Shown here one piece after another: positions 1 through 11,306 of a stretch of DNA of 64,000 nt. The translations under genes were made by a program, and so were the position numbers. Position 1 is the stretch's first letter, and each line of letters begins with the position of its first letter. The notes beneath the pieces were generated by a model. The model was given only the letters and a program-made list of their open reading frames with translations, made no database searches and was not told the DNA's origin. Source of the stretch: Azolla caroliniana (Eukaryota > Plantae > Polypodiophyta). The DNA lies in assembly GCA_043228905.1 (NCBI GenBank), contig JBHGNT010000013.1:19034001-19098000 (forward strand). The letters are read 5' to 3'.

Positions 1-2436
1 AAATATAGCTTGTATGCCATATGTTGCTTTCAAAGATAAACGCACTAGTTAATTAATTAGTTCATGAATGTAGTGCCCTCCTTATCTCTACTTAATAGTT
101 CTTTAGAGAGTGTCATTATATTGGAGACTTAGTATTCTTTCCTAAAAATTAAGAGACTTAGACTTCGTTATTGAAAGACAATTTATTGCCTCAACGCAAA
201 GATAATGGGTGAATGATTCTTCCTATTTTTAGGAGATCGATTAAGTTCTAAGTATATGCACATTATGACATTTGGCCCTGGAATTATGACTTTACATATT
301 GCTTTCAGCAACATGATTGCCTTAAGGTAATGCTGGCAATTGTATGATTGCCTTTGTGTAATGCTAGAAAGGATTACAAATATAGTATTAAATTTCTAAC
401 ATTACATGTCACATTAATAATTCCATCCGACCATTTGAATCAAAAAGTGCAAACATTTATTTTTATCTCTTACATGTGGAGCTTTCACCACGTAACACGA
501 GAATCCTCTCGATAGGGAAATCCATTGGATTTCTATAGATGCATCATATTTTTATTTTTATTTTCCGAAAGAAGGGTGCTTCCCATTACTTAGGTAAAGT
601 GTCTTTATAGAGTCCGATGTGTACTCCACTAATGTAATCATAGACACTCAACAATCCTCTCTGTTTATCAGTGAACTCCTCTAAAACCGATACTGATCAC
701 GAACAACAAAAAGATATTATTGTAATCTTCATATATTCCAGGACCAACTATTTGTGTTGATCATCCTGTCACTTGCAAAATTTCAGAAAAATACCATGTA
801 CCTTCCTGGTTGGGTTGTCAGGGCGGATATAGCCATTTAGGCATGGTGTAACACCACTTGGACACGTTGTTTACACAGTCCACCAAGGGTGAACCCGACC
901 ATGATTGTTGAAAGGAAAGTCTCATAACTTCCATCGTGTATGAAGAGCCTTGTAGCTCTTCATATTGAGCTCCAATATATCTTACCAAATCATACCATAG
1001 AGGAGTGATAATCTCCCTTGGTTGACTTTCTTCTCCTGAGAGAGCTATGTATTCTAGTTGTTTACAGAAATTCATGACACCATGCATAGGTTAATATAAG
1101 ATTCAAGTGTGCCTAGATCTAGGATTCACTATATAATTCATGTTGCTAGCACATGAGGTGCACACAAGGGCATTCACCTATTATTTATGGTAGATCCATA
1201 TATGGAGGGATGCATATTTCTTTCAAGAGGATGGGTCGTGGGCTATGTTATATTTGTAGAGGGGTGCCCAAAACCATCTACCATACCTCAAATATAATTG
1301 GGAGGAGGATGTGTTAAAGAACGCAAAGTCAAGCTTTAAGAGAAGTCAAGCATAATGGAATTTGTATGATTAAATAGTATGCGTGGGGCCTCATGCGAAA
1401 ACACTAACACGCATTACATGTATGCTTTCAAGAGGCTCATGTGGGTTTTGAAATCGTCATTAGATTCCCATATGTACAAGGTTCTCGACCATTGGAGCCT
1501 TCGAACTTATTTTTTAACTAAAACATAAAACTACCCCAAGCTCACTATGATAAACGTCAAGATGCATGCTCTGCGTTATGGCTGTATTGTGGGCAAGGTT
1601 ATACATAACTTGATTGTTGTTCAAGGTACAAAATTCAATCACATCACGAAAGATGTATTTGTTATATCCAATGTTGAAGTCCAACATTTGTTCTAGAGCC
1701 GAAAAGGCAACATCATGCATCTCCAATGATAGCTTTATGTGTCATGTATCCTTTCAAGGTGATTGAACACAAAATCTAAATGTGCAATACCTTAATCAAC
1801 TTGAGAAAACTCCAAGGAAAAGGTATCCCTAATCATTTCATTGATTTGGTGTAATCTTATTGCTTTTGATGTTGCATTCATCGGTATTTTGCATGTTTGT
1901 AGTTAATTGCTAGTGAATTCATGCAACTTGCATCAACAAGTGACAATTGATGTGATGCCAAGACTTCTCAAGATTCTCATGGGAATGCCCGAAGATTAAT
2001 AATAATCCTTATAGAGTTCTATAGAGTTAGAGAGTCAATGAAATCTCCTCAAATAAATATGCTTATACCTTATGGAATTAAAAAATGTATGCTTTTTCAT
2101 TTTGAAAACGACCTAGCTATGCTCGTTCAAAAAAGGTACCACCATATCTTCCTTCACACTTGGTGGAATCCCTATATGTATTGTCAAAATGGTCTCATTG
2201 TTTCTTCCTTGGTTTCTTTAAATGAGCTCTACCTTGGGCATGTGAACAACCTTGTGAATTGGATCCGGCTTTCCTTCAAAGGAACAAAAACTAGTTTTGA
2301 TTTAGATGCACTCCTCTTGAACCATGTTTTCATTTGGCAACTTGTCGACCTCTATCTATCGAGAGGGAAATATCCCACAAGCTCAAGATTTCATCCACTA
2401 GGGGTTTGGGTGTGGCTTTTTGAGAGATTTGGAGGC

Positions 2437-2738
2437 TCCGGCCACTTGACACAATATCTCACAGTTGATGTTACACCAATCTACAAACCCACAATGTTGG
2501 TCACATGCAAATGCTAAAGTCCGTCGCAAAACTGCACCACTATTGATACCATGGTTCATTCCTATAGGACTAATTAGCTCACATTGTCCGGCCACTTGAC
2601 ACAATATCTCACAGTTGATGTTACACCAATCTACAAACCCACAATGTTGGTCACATGCAAATGCTAAAGTCCGTCACAAAACTGCACCACTATTGATACC
2701 ATGGTTCATTCCTATAGGACTAATTAGCTCACATTGTC
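2437..2738. repeat. Tandem duplication, 2 x 150 bp
   Basis: GCCACTTGACACAATATCTC... recurs at 2441 and 2591. One mismatch seen (CCGTCGCAAA vs CCGTCACAAA). Confidence 0.95.
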
Positions 2739-3403
2739 TTTAAATGTTAGAGAGGGGTTCCGGGGCAACAATGATGAGATTGATTGACCGATTGTTTTTT
2801 GACCGATGGTCTTAAAATCCTACCATACTCTAGTATAATCCACAATGTGCAGTCTGGACTAATGTAGCATACAATCGTAGCATCATTAACGAATACCAAA
2901 AGTCGATTGTGAGCTGCATCGTCACTTATAGGGCAGTGAAAATGTTTCATTATGTTGGTCCCCTATAGGTCATATAATTTGGATCGATCTTCCAAGAACA
3001 TGAATATCGAAGAACAGAGTAACTTGTTTCCCTCGATGAAATCCTTTTAGTATATCGATGGCAATGAGTATTTGAGACCACTCCCGTACATATACAAACA
3101 CAAGATCATTCATGAAATACAATTCATTTTTAATGCCATTGAAAAATGCAGAGATTGGATGAATGTAATTGCAGGAATTAAGAGATCAAAGTTTGGAAAC
3201 AATTGAGCCATTGAATCCTTTGAGATTTATAATGTGAATGTTGTTGCTGTTGTTCGTGGATGGATTGTGTTTTAAATAACCTATCCATCCATCACAACAA
3301 CTTCCCCTTCTTTTTATTGTGATACATTTTTGATGAATAACAATTGGCTTGTCGAAATGTTGTTATTGTTTTGTTGGTTTGGAAGAATAGCTTCTGTCAA
3401 ATC

Positions 3404-3404
<1 letters not shown>

Positions 3405-3435
<31 letters not shown>
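3405..3435. repeat. (TG)15 microsatellite just downstream of the zinc-finger gene stop
   Basis: Direct reading. Confidence 0.95.
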
Positions 3436-3437
<2 letters not shown>

Positions 3438-3538
3438 TAATTACATATAAATTTTGCTTGTGGGTGTGATACAAATCATGTGTAGATCTTTACAAATGTG
3501 ATGGATGATGCACAAATCTGCATATATCTAAATGTGTC

Positions 3539-5318
3539 TTAATAAGTGTATATATCATGAGGTGTCTGATGATGATGATGATGTTGATGCTGATGATCAG
3601 AAACTATGTTGATCTCCACAGGAGCTGGGAGATTGAGATCCAGCAGCAGAAGCTGCTTCATGCTGCTACTGCTGCTACTGCTGCCCCCTTTGTCTCCTCC
3701 TCCTCCTGATGCTGTCCAATGACACCTCTTATGTCCACCCAATGCTTGCCCACTCGAGAAAACCCTAAGACATATCGAGCACTGGTGAGACTTGCTCACA
3801 AGTCTCGCAGCCATCGCTGTCCCTGATGTACTACTTAACATAGCCATGGCCGCCTCGGCCCCTGAATCTCTTACATGTTGTAAGCCATGCTGATGGATCT
3901 GATGATTCTTCGTGTATGTGTCGGCAATGCCTTCGGATGATGTTACGGCACCGGCACCGGCACCGGAGAAGAAAACCGTAGGAGGTTTAACAGTCTCTGC
4001 ATCTGGCACTAGGGTTTCTTCTGTTGCAGCAATTCCATCCACATTTAGAGCATGAATTAGTTGCTGCTTCCCACCACCACCAGCAGAAGCAGCATCACTC
4101 TCCAAATTATCCAGCATTGGAGATTTGGCAAAGCATCCCTTCACCTTCTTGTGGCTGGCCCTGTGCCCACCCAATGCTTGGTGTGTCTTGAAGATCCTCT
4201 TGCAGTTGGTACACTCAAATCTACCTGTGCCTCCAATGTTAATGACCTGCTGTGATCTGCGGGCCAATGCATTGCTCGCCAATTCCGCACTGAATACGGA
4301 GGAGCCGTGGATCATGCTGGGGAATCCATTAACCTGCCTAGAAACACATAAGTTCTCCTCCTGATTCATTGGGCCTGCTAGCTTAGTGTTGCAATGGCTA
4401 ATCTCAAGCTCATCTGCTAATCTTGTTAATCCCAGGCCCTGCTCTTCTTCTTCTTCTTCGTCGGGAAGAGGGTCTTCCCCTTTCTGCTCGATAAACGATC
4501 CTGCCAATGCAAGCATAACCAGGCAATTCGCCATATCGAGCTCCTCGGATTGGCTCTGTGGCGAGTAGTTATCAGTAGCATGGCCATGGCCTGTGCCGCC
4601 GATGTCTAACCTAGCCGAAGAATTAAGATCTGCCTCCAATTCCATAGCTTTCAAGGTTTTGATTACTGTAGGGTGAGATCTTCTGGATCTCTTCCCTCTC
4701 ATGTTGGGCAGGCAATTGTATGAAGATGGATTCGGAGCCTGCTTGTTGCTACTGATATAGGCTTCCTCAATGCTTTGATCTGTTTCACTCTCCTCTTCTT
4801 CCTCCAGCAGAACAGGGGGCTCTAGTTTGCTATCCCATCGCAGAAGCTCGCGGCCTTTTTTCACACCATGATCATGATTAACTGACCATCTAGTCAATTT
4901 CAGGCCATGATCTCCTGCATCCTCATCATCAAAATCATCTACCACTGACCCGATCTGTAACTGATTCTTCCGCATTTGATCATCACTGCCTGAGCTTATT
5001 ATAAGATCGGTAGTACTTAGACTCATGCGGCGGCCATGCTTGAATCGATTGATGGCTGCCTTCTTTCCCCTAAATGCTACACTTAATCCAGCCCTGGGAT
5101 TAATCCTTGATGTTTCTGCACCCACAGGAGTGTGATTATAATGAGGAGGGGGTTGAATCCCCCTCCATTCTCTCTCTGGGTGGCATCTCATGTGGCCGAA
5201 CATAGCTTTCCATGAATGGAACTCCTTCCCACATTCACTGCACACTGGGCGACCACTGGCCATGAGCTTCTCTTTCCAATTGCTTTTCTTCTTAACCCCT
5301 ATGGAATTGTTCTTGAGG

Positions 5319-5359
<41 letters not shown>

Positions 5360-5923
5360 TGGAGTAGTTGTGGATGAAGAAGACGCAGCAGCAGCACATA
5401 CGCTAGCGATGTTCTCTGGATTCCTCTTATAAATTACCATAATTTCTTCCTTCGTAGCAGTAACAGTAGTAGTAGTAGTAGTAGTGGCGTCCAAATCTTG
5501 ATCTTGATTCGAGAAACGCCTGCTTCTTTTCGGATTCCTCGGCCGGAATGCATACATCAGTTGCTGGTTTTGTAGCCCATGTGATGCAACAGCAGTCTTT
5601 TCTCCTGCATCTGCAGGATCGTGAGGGTTATGGTGATGATGATGAGGAATCACCAGATCCAGTTTGGGTCCTAATAAACCAAAGTCCCTTTCCTGTAGGG
5701 TTGCTGTAACCTCCCGATCCTCATCATCGTCAGGTATAAACTGTTGTTCATGAGTATCAGAAACAGACCTGATTAACTGGACATGGCAATTACTAGGCAC
5801 TGCAGATGCATCCTGCAGACTATTCTTCTCCTTCTTCTCATTAATCCCTTGATCAGACAAGCTTCCCGTGTCTGATTCATGGGAACACATGTGGACAGCC
5901 CCAACTGATTCATGGGAACACAT
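3539..5923 (-). CDS. DAZ1: Three-finger C2H2 zinc-finger transcriptional repressor, DAZ1/DAZ2 (ZAT2/ZAT3)-like, about 794 aa
   Basis: Basic NPKRSRR patch. Finger 1 CSECGKEFHSWKAMFGHMRCH followed by PEREWRGIQPP. L-box ANCLVMLA. Finger 2 CTNC..HQALGGHRASHKKVKGCFA. Finger 3 CSIC..GQALGGHKRCHW. C-terminal EAR motif LDLNLP. This motif order matches Arabidopsis DAZ1/DAZ2 as I recall it. The first in-frame ATG is at 5923 (the ORF track starts at a TTG); the true start is uncertain. Confidence 0.88.
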
Positions 5924-7320
5924 GGGAAGCAATGGGGGAGGAGGAGGCAGGGGCGGCTAATATCAATGGATGTATGTGGATGTGATTATTAGGCCTGCTT
6001 GTATTAATCATGGATAACTGTATAAGGAAGAAGATATAATATGTATGTTGTGATTATTCGATCAAACAGAACCTGTGTGATTAGGTCTTGCAATTCAGTC
6101 ATGGATGGACGGTAGGATAGTGGTGATTAAATTTATGAATGAATGATTATACGATAACTAGGCCTAAGATCTACAAGGGTGGGGTGGGATTGGGGGGGGG
6201 GGGGGGGGGAGGAGGAGGATTAATGAATCAGAGATCAGGAGATTGATGATTAAGGTAAGCAAGGAGTAAGATAATTAGGGCAGAAAGATGGAATGACTGG
6301 AGAAGGGATTAAGAAATGGGGAATAATTATTTTAGGGTTGCGAATGAAGCAACAATACATTAACCTGAAATTGCTACAGACGGGATGTATTGATGCTTTT
6401 TTTTTTTTGTACTACCTTGAACGGGCGGGCAGATTAGAAAGAGAGAGAGAGAGAGAGAGAGATGATTGGATGGAGACAGATAATAGATTTTCTTTATGGT
6501 TCTATCTGTCTGTCAGTCTGTCTCTCTGAGTTTAGGTCAAACTGCATGACCTGTAATGGTTGGAGACAGCCGAGAATGAAATGCCTAAGGGAAGATGGTA
6601 AGTTGGGTTAAAAACTTAGGGTTTCCGCCATAGCTTGTGGAGCACTCCGAGATGGCGTTAGAGCAGGAGATGCCCACCGATCGGATCCCCATCCCATCCC
6701 GCGGGATTAATATATGAAGAGAAATCTATTAATATTCATCCCCATGGGCGTGATGCTCTCTCTGTCTTCTTCCTTCCTTCCTTCTTTCTTTCTTTCCTTC
6801 CTTCCTTGTTTGCTTGCTTGCAAATGATTGTCTCATTTCTAAGCTTTGAGTAGTTTGCTTAGCATCCTCACCTTCTCTCTCTCTCTCTGTCTGTCTCGGG
6901 TGTTTTTAGGTTTTCTGTTCCCTTTTTTCTTTGGATGCCTTTGAGTAGAAGGCAATCCAATCCATTCACAAAAATCTGTGAATTGGGGGTGGGGGGGGGG
7001 GGGGGGTATTGAGTAAAGGGAGAGACAGACAACCAGACAGACAAGACAAGACAAGACAAGACAGATCGAGAGAGAGAGAGAGAGAAAGAGAAGAGTGGTG
7101 GACTCTATTAATAATGGATTTGTGTTCTATGAATCAATGGGAACAAGGAGGGGGGCTTTTGAGCTGGAAGTGACACAGAGCTCTGGATTTATGTATGTAC
7201 TTACTACCACTACATACTGCTGCTTCAAACAGAGGGGGAGATTGGAATTTGGAACTGTGGAGATGCAGGAGGGATGATTAGAATGAAAAAGAAAGAAAAG
7301 GAAGAGGAAGAGCAGGAAGA

Positions 7321-7590
7321 GGCGGTTGGGGAGATTCGAACCCACACGCATCCATCCTCCCGCCCCCCACCTCCTCCTTCCTTCTTCCTCTCTCTGTCTC
7401 TCTGTCTCCTCTATTACTATTATTAATATACTTTGCTTCTTCTTCTTCTTCTTCTCCTCCTTCAGGTTTTGCTTTTGCGGTTTCTCTACCTCCCCCAACT
7501 GCTTTTCCTCTACCCCACAAAAGAAACCAAATTTTGCTTTCACACACGCTCGCCCCACATTGACATAACCCAACTCCCATTCATTCGGTT
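7321..7590 (-). promoter_or_regulatory. Cluster of three AACCG (MYB/DUO1-type) cores upstream of the DAZ1-like gene
   Basis: CGGTT on the + strand at 7323, 7478 and 7586. GGCGGTT at 7321-7327 fits RRCSGTT. Function is inferred. Confidence 0.35.
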
Positions 7591-10179
7591 CGTTTCGTTT
7601 CGTTTCGACAAGCCTCTCTTTTTAAGACAAGCGAAACCCTCGTTCCGTCCGCCCGCTCCCCCCCCCCCCTAAGTCGTCGCGAAGTAGCTCCTCCCCATCA
7701 CGTTGTTGTCAATAATTTCGGATCCGAAATCCAGAACCCCCCATCTTGTCAAGGGACCGATCGTAAGCTTGGCCTCTCTAATGACAAATTGTTGTAGGCA
7801 AAGCTTGTCAAAGCCATTAGAGAGAAGCACACATCTCCTTGGACGTCTCTTGTAAGGAAGTTTGAACGTTAGAGAAAGGACACAACATCGCAATAGTCTT
7901 GTAAGGTTGTTCGGGACGTTAGAAAAGCACACAACTCTCTCATCGGTCTTGTAGGATAGTTGTCAGGTCATGGAGAGAAGTATCTTAACAAAGTGAAAAC
8001 AAAAACAAGGTAGAGAAGCTCATTACTAGAAGGGAAGATGATCATGGTGCATAACAATGAAGAGGTAACCCATAACATTGACAGTCAACAACCCCCCTCG
8101 TTGCAAGAGATAGATGGGATTTTTGTTAGAGATATTAGTTGTTGCCTACCTCTACCAATCCATGTCTGCTGACTTCAAATTTAATAAGTTTTTTTTTTCT
8201 TAGATTGGGACTTGAATCTCACCTAAGCAACATTTCATGGTCAACGGAGATCATTTGCTTTCCTAGTTAACACGTGTGTTCACATAGTTGTTTGCTAGTG
8301 GTACTGGAGTATGGTAGCATCAAGCTGTATAGTCGTTTTCTAATGCAATCTACGAAAAAAGGACACCTATGAAAGTATTCAAAAGGATGAGTTTATGCCA
8401 AAAGAAATCTCAAGCTTTAGATGACACATGAAAGTACGACAAAAAATATTCGTTTTCTTAATTCTACCTTTGGTTGCACGACTTTTTGTCTAGGGTATAT
8501 CGTCCATAGAATTTCATTGGTTGGAAGACGCAAAGAGAGATCTGAAAGGGTATGCCATTTCTTACCATAATGTCTAATGTCATCATGCTACAGTTGAGGA
8601 AGACAACTTTCCATCCAAAAAAGTTTATGAAGAGATTGTTGTTTCAAGGTGTACTACCATTGAATCTCAACCAACGCGAAGGCTCAAAAGAAGTGAACAT
8701 TTCCTTACAATTTATCCACTCACCTCCAAAGTAAAACTACACCTAATATCTAGTCCTGACTCATTCAATTGCTCTCAATCCCCACCGTTTTTGTTTCATG
8801 GCCATAATTTGCACCTAATATCTTTACACTGATTTTGCATATGCCTGAAGATAGGTGTAAATTGTAATGTATTGATCATCGAGTCACATGTCATCTATTT
8901 GTAGACTTTGGTAGTACCAATGCAATTTATAAAGAAGAATGAATCACATATGATGAGTAATAAAGACATTCAAAGTGGAACGAGTTCCCAAGGCATGAGG
9001 TTATGCATTCGTTTTTTCATAAATAGGTGTATTTTTTATAGTTGTTACATTTGAACCTAGCCTATGAAGATACCAATTTATAGGATTTTTCCAAAAGAAA
9101 GTTTTGTCTTATATTGGGAATATAATTGTTAGAGGTTGAGTTATCGAAGTAAGTGAACCTAGTCGTTACGTTTGTAAGGCTATGCACGAAAGCAACCTGA
9201 ATTGAGCCAACTAAGGTTATTGAATCAAATCCAAGTCCTTATGTGTACACTGTATATACATCTCCTCTCTTAGAAGCACATGAGCTTGCACCTCAATTGG
9301 GTCGTCCAAATGTTGTGATCACACATAGACATTTTGCTATGTAAAATAAATTTAGGAGTTGTCTTCCTATTATACTACATGTCATATTGTCGATGAGGTG
9401 ACCCGCAACATTGTGTCCCAATGACATAACATGATATGGTCACCCCATCATCGTTGCAACACTTAGTGCATATCTAGCCAACATGTGAACCCAACTATCA
9501 ATAAGTCATGCTACAAAAGGTGGTTCTTTTGGATTTAGGTTTTTCCCATGGCATCTCATCCTAGTTGAATTCCAGATTGTTCCCAAGGTTACAAGACAAC
9601 AAACCAACTTTGAATTCAATTAACATCAACTAATCATCAATTAATATGTTGTGGCTAAGCCGTCATACATTTGAGGTAAACGACATCCATGATATGCTTT
9701 TAACATGCTAACATTTTTCTAGGTTTGGGATATTGGCCACATTCCATTTTGTCACCTAATCAATTGTCTCAACAACAATTGCATGTAGGTTATTTACGAT
9801 CTGCTTTTCCATGCTAGAAATTCCACAATGTTTGGAGGCATAAGGACAATCAAAGTTTTTACATGTATTATTCCAATTAGCTAGAGTAAAGTTCGATTAT
9901 TGTTGAGAATCAAACTCAACTTCCCTCGTGTGGGAACACACCTTAGGAATAGCCAAGTGTGTAAACACCCCACCATTTTGTATCATAACTAAATGTGTCA
10001 TAGAAGTTATGACCTATGACACATAGTTACTAGGTAGTTAAGTCTCCACCTCCTTCTCAAGAGGTAGTTGTAGTAAGAGAATATAGAGAGAAGGTGACTA
10101 CATAAGCACCTTCTCCTCTTCTTTGTAGGATTGGTTGTTATTTTCCTAGTTAATACAGTTTTCTGTATATCTTGTGTCA

Positions 10180-10220
<41 letters not shown>

Positions 10221-10222
<2 letters not shown>

Positions 10223-11237
10223 GAGGCGGGCAAGCGAGCATACTATGCATTTGAGAACACATGCAATCTTGGAGATATTAAGTGTTGGGTCCTCAAGAAA
10301 TATCTTTTTGACACTTTGGTGACACCGGTTCTTCTCTATGGGGTGGAAGTATGGGGCGGTAGTATCCCTAAATCTATGTGGAAAGAATTTGAAAATGTCC
10401 AAAAGCATTTTCTTACCAAGTTTCTACAAGTTAAGAAACAAACACCCTACACCCTCCTCCTCCTTGAGACGGGATCACTTCCCATTGAGATCATGGCCAT
10501 GGAAAGGGTTGTTGAATACATGCTTAAGGTTCAAAGAAGTCCCTCACATCGACTTCCTAGAATTGCGTGGGAAGCAAGCAAAAAGATCCAAAAGACGCAT
10601 AAAAGCAAAATTTTGTGTTCCGGTTGGATGCAAGATATAGAAAAATGGTTTGGTAGATGGGATGCGAGACACTTGCTTCATGATGCATCATTAGATTCCT
10701 CTGTAAATGAGGCATTTTTGCAACGCCAATGTATCATGACATGGGACAAATGTGGAGGCTCACGCTTCACACATTATACTACACATGTTGCACCTAACTA
10801 CAAAACTATATTCTTTGCGGAACGGGGAAATCGTACACATCCATACATGTTAGAGCCCATACCGTTATCTGCCATTCGAACCATTGCTTCCATGCGACTT
10901 AGCTCACATGCATTGCGATGTGAAACAAGGCGTTGGGGTACAAGTGATGAGAGTGATCGGCTATGCACACTTTGCCCTAAACAAGTTCGCGAGTCTGAGT
11001 ATCACACTTTGATACAATACTCTGCCTTTGATCATATTCGACCATGCTTTCCACATCTCTTCGATCAAGCCCAATCTTTGCATGAATTCCTCTCACAACC
11101 ACAATGTGCACTCTCGATTGCAACATTCATTGGTAAAGTTCTTGAACATCGAGAGTCACTACTCACTTTCACACGTATCACGTGAAATGTAATATTTTTG
11201 GTCTCATAGGTCATATTTGACCTCCGAAGATGATAAT

Positions 11238-11303
<66 letters not shown>
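10221..11303 (+). mobile_element. 5'-truncated RTE-X-like LINE (ORF2 C-terminus, 3'UTR, (TC)31 tail)
   Basis: LFDTLVTPVLLYGVEVWG and RLSSHALRCETRRWG..RLCTLC..ESEYH motifs; stop at 11185. Near-identical to the copy at 48260-49180. (CT)n on both sides. Confidence 0.85.

Positions 11304-11306
<3 letters not shown>

Noticed and set aside
6177-6218. G-quadruplex from G-runs upstream of the gene
   Set aside because: Poly-G runs occur repeatedly in this window, and the sequence alone gives no evidence of function.
6293-7672. Short ORFs upstream of the DAZ1-like gene (e.g. 7127-7573)
   Set aside because: They are translations of GA/CT/GAA microsatellites with no domains.
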